The translations under genes and the position numbers were made by a program. This document shows, piece after piece, positions 6,800 to 11,252 of a stretch of 11,252 nt of DNA. Source of the DNA: Promethearchaeota archaeon. Lineage in GTDB: Archaea; Asgardarchaeota; Lokiarchaeia; Sigyniarchaeales; SOKP01. Numbering within the stretch: the stretch's first letter is position 1; the number at the start of each line of letters is the position of its first letter. The stretch lies in assembly GCA_048941015.1 (NCBI GenBank), contig JBHLNZ010000092.1, positions 1 to 11,252 on the forward strand, written 5' to 3'. The notes below the pieces were generated by a model. That model was not told the origin of the DNA. It worked only from the letters and a program-made list of their open reading frames with translations, and ran no database searches.

Positions 6800-8542
6800 T
6801 TATTCTTCACCCTCCTCTTCTCTAATTCCACCATTATGAGCAGCTTCAGGCTCTATAATCTGCTTTTCTTGTCCTGTAGTTGTATCAAACTCATCTCTTA
6901 CTTTCTGGGTGACTTGCTTAGCAATTTGTTTTTCAATATTCGGTCTGTGTATAGTATTCATCGTACAGAATGAAATTTCTTTTACGCTCCCATCAGGCAT
7001 AGCAACACCAAAATGGACAATACATCGTTTTGCTCGTTCAAGATCCATATTATAAGCGTCTTGGAAGTGCATGCTTGATAACAATAAAGTTCCATGAGTA
7101 AATGAACTTATACTTTCCCAATCTCCATTCATTACTACTCGACCAAACATTTCCATTAACTTGCCAGGTTTTTTCATATGTTGCAATACGCCTAATAGAA
7201 ACCTTAATCGTAATTGTTGTTTGTCTAGAAAGTTTAATCCCTTGTCAAGCGTCTTTCCAAAGTCACCTAAGAAATTTTCGAAAAATTGTAACTCTGTCTT
7301 CTCCTTATGTTTAATCTTTTCCCAAAACCTGTTGGCAAAATCAATTACTTTTAAAGGATCGAAGTAATCTATGATTGGAACCATTTCTTTCGTATCTGGA
7401 TCAACGACGAGATAAGTTGCGAAGCCACAATCCGGGTGGCATGTAAATTCAATTGGTTCAACATCCGCAAGGTAGGCTATCACTCTGCCAAATTCCACAA
7501 TTGTAGTAAGTGGCCACCATGCTTCATCCATACTTATTTTTCCACCAGTTTGGTTCTCGATTTCTTTTATTACATCCGCATTGGTAATCCTAAGTTCGTC
7601 CATCTCTTCAGCAGTGATTCTACCGCAAAGTGAAACTGGTTGGAATGTAATACCGCGAACCACATCAATATTGTCGATGGCAAATTGTATTATGTTCCCT
7701 ATTTCGATATCTGTAACACCTTTAGCGATAGTAGCAACTAAATTGATCGAGGAAAGTCCTGCTTTTCTACAATTCTCTACAACTCTTTGCTTATAGGGCA
7801 TTAAATTTTTTATACTACGAGTCTTTTCATATGTAATGTTATTGATTCCATCGAATTGAAGATAAAGTGTATCTAAACCCATCTCATATACTTTCTTAGT
7901 CCATTCAAGACCTCCTTTCTTCTTCTGAAATCCATATCCATTTGTTGCAACAATAACTTCCTTGAATCCTTTGTCTTTTGCCATTTTACAAATTTCAGGG
8001 AAATCTTTTCTAACTGTAGGTTCACCACCGGTAAACATGATTGCGACTGCAGGGATCGGCTTGTTTCTGAAGTGGTCCATAATTCTTTCGATTTCTTCGA
8101 GCGTTGGCTCAACAAGATACCCACTCTGTAAAACATTTGCATAGCAGAAGTTACAATTGAAATTACATCGATTGGTTAGATCAATTAAGGCTAGCGAGCA
8201 GGTCGAAAGATGCTCAGGACATAATCCACAGTTATATGGACAGCCTCGTGGATCATCTCCAACACAATCAGCAGGATTTGCTTCCCCATCTTTATCAAAC
8301 TGCCAAATTACTTTTCCTTCTTTGTTTCTTTTCGCATAATGAGTCCATTTATAATACCTTGCATCAGAACTAATCAGATCTTTAAAGTCTCCATGCTCTT
8401 CGCAGTTCTTTTTCATATAAATTTTCCCATCGTTTTCCTCCTCTACAACAGCTGGAATCCGATTTAGACATTCAGGGCAAACACTGAAAGTTTTGCGATA
8501 ATATTTCTCATTTAGAACATCTGTCCCATCTAAATTGTACAT
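6800..8542 (-). CDS. tes: Radical SAM tetraether lipid synthase (Tes / GDGT-MAS family)
   Basis: N-terminal rubredoxin-like CPEC...CEEH; auxiliary cluster motif CPYNCGLCPEH; radical SAM CNFNCNFC; GGEPT, ATNG and LYLQFDG; C-terminal FTCHPDCG, MHFQDAYNMDLERAKRCIVH and FCTMN. This is the domain order of Tes/GDGT-MAS (MJ0619 family). Confidence 0.88.
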   Translation of the reverse strand: MYNLDGTDVLNEKYYRKTFSVCPECLNRIPAVVEEENDGKIYMKKNCEEHGDFKDLISSDARYYKWTHYAKRNKEGKVIWQFDKDGEANPADCVGDDPRGCPYNCGLCPEHLSTCSLALIDLTNRCNFNCNFCYANVLQSGYLVEPTLEEIERIMDHFRNKPIPAVAIMFTGGEPTVRKDFPEICKMAKDKGFKEVIVATNGYGFQKKKGGLEWTKKVYEMGLDTLYLQFDGINNITYEKTRSIKNLMPYKQRVVENCRKAGLSSINLVATIAKGVTDIEIGNIIQFAIDNIDVVRGITFQPVSLCGRITAEEMDELRITNADVIKEIENQTGGKISMDEAWWPLTTIVEFGRVIAYLADVEPIEFTCHPDCGFATYLVVDPDTKEMVPIIDYFDPLKVIDFANRFWEKIKHKEKTELQFFENFLGDFGKTLDKGLNFLDKQQLRLRFLLGVLQHMKKPGKLMEMFGRVVMNGDWESISSFTHGTLLLSSMHFQDAYNMDLERAKRCIVHFGVAMPDGSVKEISFCTMNTIHRPNIEKQIAKQVTQKVRDEFDTTTGQEKQIIEPEAAHNGGIREEEGEE

Positions 8543-8552
8543 TTAAATTTTG

Positions 8553-8556
8553 CTCC
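8553..8556 (-). promoter_or_regulatory. Putative Shine-Dalgarno (GGAG) of tes
   Basis: The - strand reads ATTCGGAGCAAAATTTAA-ATG, placing GGAG 10 nt before the start codon. Confidence 0.5.
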
Positions 8557-8688
8557 GAATAAATTAAGTTTTATTCAAATGATTAATTAATTAAACAAAA
8601 ATAACTTTGAAATTATTTAAATTTAATACTATTTTTACTACTTTTAATATTCTCAATGTTTGATATTCGGATTAGTATTATGCAATAG

Positions 8689-8715
8689 TTACTAGTTCCC
8701 CCCCTCTACTAGTAA
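8689..8715. repeat. Perfect 8-bp inverted repeat with an 11-nt C7 (G7 on the - strand) loop
   Basis: ttactagt (8689-8696) / tccccccctct / actagtaa (8708-8715). Confidence 0.85.
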
Positions 8716-8806
8716 TTTTTAATTTTAAAAAAGAAAATGTTTGTGGTTGTTTGATAATATAAATAAATTCATGATTTATTTTTTCCAATTATTATAGTTT
8801 TTATTG

Positions 8807-8823
8807 TTTATAAAGCTATTTGG
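8807..8823 (-). promoter_or_regulatory. Candidate BRE-TATA promoter for tes (would give a leader of about 240 nt)
   Basis: The - strand reads CCAAATAGC-TTTATAAA just downstream of the GGR-like gene's terminator. A closer alternative TTTAAATA lies near 8615-8622. Confidence 0.35.
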
Positions 8824-8843
8824 ACTATTTTTTTACAGAATTT

Positions 8844-8879
8844 AAAAAAATTAAATTAATTAAATATGGATTAAAAAAA
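8844..8879 (-). terminator. Oligo-T terminator after the GGR-like gene
   Basis: T7 immediately after the TGA stop (forward 8873-8879) and a second T7 (8844-8850). Confidence 0.5.
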
Positions 8880-10112
8880 TCATGCTTGTTTTAATAGCGA
8901 TGCAATATAATCCCATTTTTTATTAATTTTTTCTGAGGTGCGCAGCCGATTGAAAATTTTATATTCGAAAGCCCCAATAAGGTTATAAAAATGCTTTACT
9001 TGTTTAAACACTTCAGTTTCCTCAAATCTACTATTAAATTCAGCAACATTTTCAGGATTCCATAAAATCTTATTATACCCAATATCTTTAACGTTAATAT
9101 TTAACATTCTAGATAACATAGTGACCCATATTTTAGCCATTTCCATAGAATAATATAGCCCAGATGAACCAAACGGATTAACAAACCCAGCACTGTCTCC
9201 GATAAGCACTACTCCAGGGTTTGGGACAAAGTAATCTGCCATCTTAGCATTTGGCAGGTAGGTTAGTTCTTCGTAATCAATTTTAGCACCTTTAAAAAAT
9301 TTACTGTATCCTGGATACGTAGATTTTATTTTTTGCCAAACTTCCATAATTTCAAATTCAGATGGGATTTCGATTGTTTTCATGTTAGGGACTTGGGCCA
9401 TTCGCAACATTAACCCTACTTCAGCTCGACCCTTTTTTAACGGAAAAAAATAAGCTACAGACTGAGGAAAAGTCGAAGCATATTCTAAATCACCATTTCC
9501 AATGAAATAGAATTGTAGATCAGGTGTATTTTCTAATGTATAATTAGCATTGCTAATCAAACACTTCACTATAGGGCAATTCATCTTATCATAATGAATT
9601 CCATAAGTCCTTCCAATAACTCCTTCATATCCCGAACAGTCTAAAATTGCATTTCCGTATAATTCTTTTATCTCACCTTCTTTATTCTTGTATTTTACGC
9701 CAATTGTTACGTTATTTCTGTCAATAGGTTCAATTACTTCCCCATGATATTGAATATTTACTTTCAAATCATAAGCGATCTCAACAAATCGATCTATAAA
9801 TTTTCGCCACTCAAAGAAGTAATGGGGATAATCACGATAAGTAGTAGTAATCTGCTGATCCCTAGGAGAATGCCAAACGCGACCACCATGAGATTTCAAA
9901 CCAATTGAAGGAAGATAATCCTTACCTAATATTTCATCGACTATAGGCATATGAGCCATACCTTCACCTCTTGGTTTCGGTCCAGCAATTCCTCCTTTTT
10001 CTAAAACTATTACACTAAATCCTTTTCTTCTCGCTACAATACTTGCAGTTAAGCCTGCTGGGCCTGCTCCCACTATAATAAAGTTATAAAAATAATTATT
10101 TTCAGGATTCAT
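8880..10112 (-). CDS. FAD-dependent oxidoreductase, geranylgeranyl reductase family (divergent)
   Basis: IIVGAGPAG...LEK Rossmann motif, KPRGEG, DCSG, AYFFP...AEVGL and LIGDSAGFVNP motifs; about 410 aa, typical of the family. Confidence 0.85.
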   Translation of the reverse strand: MNPENNYFYNFIIVGAGPAGLTASIVARRKGFSVIVLEKGGIAGPKPRGEGMAHMPIVDEILGKDYLPSIGLKSHGGRVWHSPRDQQITTTYRDYPHYFFEWRKFIDRFVEIAYDLKVNIQYHGEVIEPIDRNNVTIGVKYKNKEGEIKELYGNAILDCSGYEGVIGRTYGIHYDKMNCPIVKCLISNANYTLENTPDLQFYFIGNGDLEYASTFPQSVAYFFPLKKGRAEVGLMLRMAQVPNMKTIEIPSEFEIMEVWQKIKSTYPGYSKFFKGAKIDYEELTYLPNAKMADYFVPNPGVVLIGDSAGFVNPFGSSGLYYSMEMAKIWVTMLSRMLNINVKDIGYNKILWNPENVAEFNSRFEETEVFKQVKHFYNLIGAFEYKIFNRLRTSEKINKKWDYIASLLKQA

Positions 10113-10277
10113 ATTGATGAATAAACCTTTAGAAGCATTAAATTATTTCTAAAAAATTAGTCAATCATATTGCTAATATGAATATAATAAGAATATGTAA
10201 AGATTTATTAAAGACCATAACATATAAATTATTCATTATTAAATTTCCCTTTTACATTCTTCTTAAAATACATTAAA

Positions 10278-11252
10278 ATGAAGAGATATAGAAGTGTAGA
10301 TAGTCTTCGTGGTCTTTGTATGTTTATAATGGTTTATGGCCATTTATTTGACTGGTGGTTAAATCCTAAAAATCATTGGCTATTTTCTGATTTTTTGAAA
10401 CCATTTTTAGGCCCAATTGGTGCAACTGGATTTATTTTTATATCTGGTGTAAGTGCGGGACTATCATATAGGAAAAATAAGATAAACAATTCAAATGAAT
10501 TTTTTATGAAAGATATTAGAAATATATATCTATTAAGAGCATTTATTATATTATTAATTAGTTTTATCTATAATTTCTCTATTGCAATCAATCTTAATAA
10601 TTTTTCTTCTACTTGGGCATGGTTTGTACTACAAACAATTGGTTTCTCTTTACTTTTTGCTTATCCACTTCTAAAAACTTCAAAGCAATTTAGATTCATC
10701 TTAAGTTTATGTATATTAATTGGCAATCAGTTAATCTTAGAAATAATATCTCCTTATAAGGGACAAGCAAATTTTTTCGGTATCTTATATCACTTCCTTT
10801 TTCACCCATTAAATCAATATCCTTTATTTTATTACTTCCCAATTTTATTAATTGGAACCATTATTGGAGATACTCTTTTTGAAGTTAACCTTATTAAAAA
10901 CAAGAATGAAAAGAGTTTAGAATTTAAACATAAATTTTTATATTTTCTCGCTCCTCTTTCCTTAATTTTACTCTTTTTTGGATTTATCTTTAGATTCCCA
11001 GATTTCTTTGTGTTTGCTTCTTATTCTGCGATTATCTACGGGTTTGGAGAAGTCTTATGTATTTTTTTAATTTTCATGGTTATTGAAGAATATAAATTAC
11101 TGAAAACTAAGAAGAGCTATAGGTATCTGTTTTATTTTTCATATTATTCTTTTACTATTTATTTAGCACATAATTTATTATATTTTCTCTTTTTAAAACA
11201 ATTAAATGTAGTAAATATTTGGATCCCTATCATATCTCTAATTTTCTTTTTT
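10278..11252 (+). CDS. DUF1624 / heparan-alpha-glucosaminide N-acetyltransferase-like membrane protein (3'-truncated; absent from the ORF track)
   Basis: Manual translation gives 325 open codons to the window end: MKRYRSVDSLRGLCMFIMVYGH (DxxRG...H motif), GFIFISGVS, WFVLQTIG, YPLFYYFP and YSFTIYLAHN, with many hydrophobic segments. Confidence 0.85.
   Translation, partial: MKRYRSVDSLRGLCMFIMVYGHLFDWWLNPKNHWLFSDFLKPFLGPIGATGFIFISGVSAGLSYRKNKINNSNEFFMKDIRNIYLLRAFIILLISFIYNFSIAINLNNFSSTWAWFVLQTIGFSLLFAYPLLKTSKQFRFILSLCILIGNQLILEIISPYKGQANFFGILYHFLFHPLNQYPLFYYFPILLIGTIIGDTLFEVNLIKNKNEKSLEFKHKFLYFLAPLSLILLFFGFIFRFPDFFVFASYSAIIYGFGEVLCIFLIFMVIEEYKLLKTKKSYRYLFYFSYYSFTIYLAHNLLYFLFLKQLNVVNIWIPIISLIFFF

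Noticed and set aside
7102-8339. Seven 60-89 aa ORFs inside tes (six antisense, one alternate-frame)
   Set aside because: They overlap a conserved enzyme, have no motifs, and are expected as shadow ORFs in this somewhat less AT-rich gene.
6800-8542. Annotation as MoaA or 7,8-dihydro-6-hydroxymethylpterin dimethyltransferase, prompted by the nearby MoaD-like gene
   Set aside because: The N-terminal metal sites and the MHFQD...RC C-terminus match Tes rather than MoaA; the methyltransferase label is the superseded annotation of the MJ0619 family.
8652-8707. The G7 loop acting as an SD for a hidden ORF
   Set aside because: Only a TTG-started 10-codon ORF follows it, at poor spacing.
4730-10112. 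A single five-gene operon
   Set aside because: T-run terminators near 8844-8879, 6489-6507 and 5869-5875, and gaps of 93-337 bp, argue for separate transcripts.
1-11252. tRNA, rRNA, CRISPR array, IS element or intein
   Set aside because: No GC-rich structured RNA, spaced direct repeats, transposase or intein motifs were seen on manual reading.

Overview
An AT-rich archaeal window. PolB1-type polymerase, tetraether synthase and bacterial-like accessory genes suggest an Asgard/Lokiarchaeia-type genome (inference). The + strand carries a 5'-truncated family-B DNA polymerase, a DUF2804 protein, an adenosine deaminase and, at the right edge, a 3'-truncated DUF1624/HGSNAT-like membrane protein that the ORF track missed. 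The - strand carries five co-oriented genes, in transcription order: a divergent geranylgeranyl-reductase-family flavoprotein, a Tes/GDGT-MAS radical SAM enzyme, a 95-aa unknown protein abutting tes (TAAATG), a tandem two-domain MoaD/ThiS (SAMP-like) protein and a CTP-dependent polyprenol/diacylglycerol kinase. The best candidate novel system is the tes locus. Its 337-bp upstream region contains an 8-nt sequence exactly complementary to the start of the tes ribosome-binding site plus a hairpin with a G7 loop, tes is coupled to a small uncharacterised partner, and the enzyme has Phe where GDGT-MAS has an active-site Tyr. No RNA genes, CRISPR arrays or mobile elements were seen. All family assignments come from motif recognition, not database searches.
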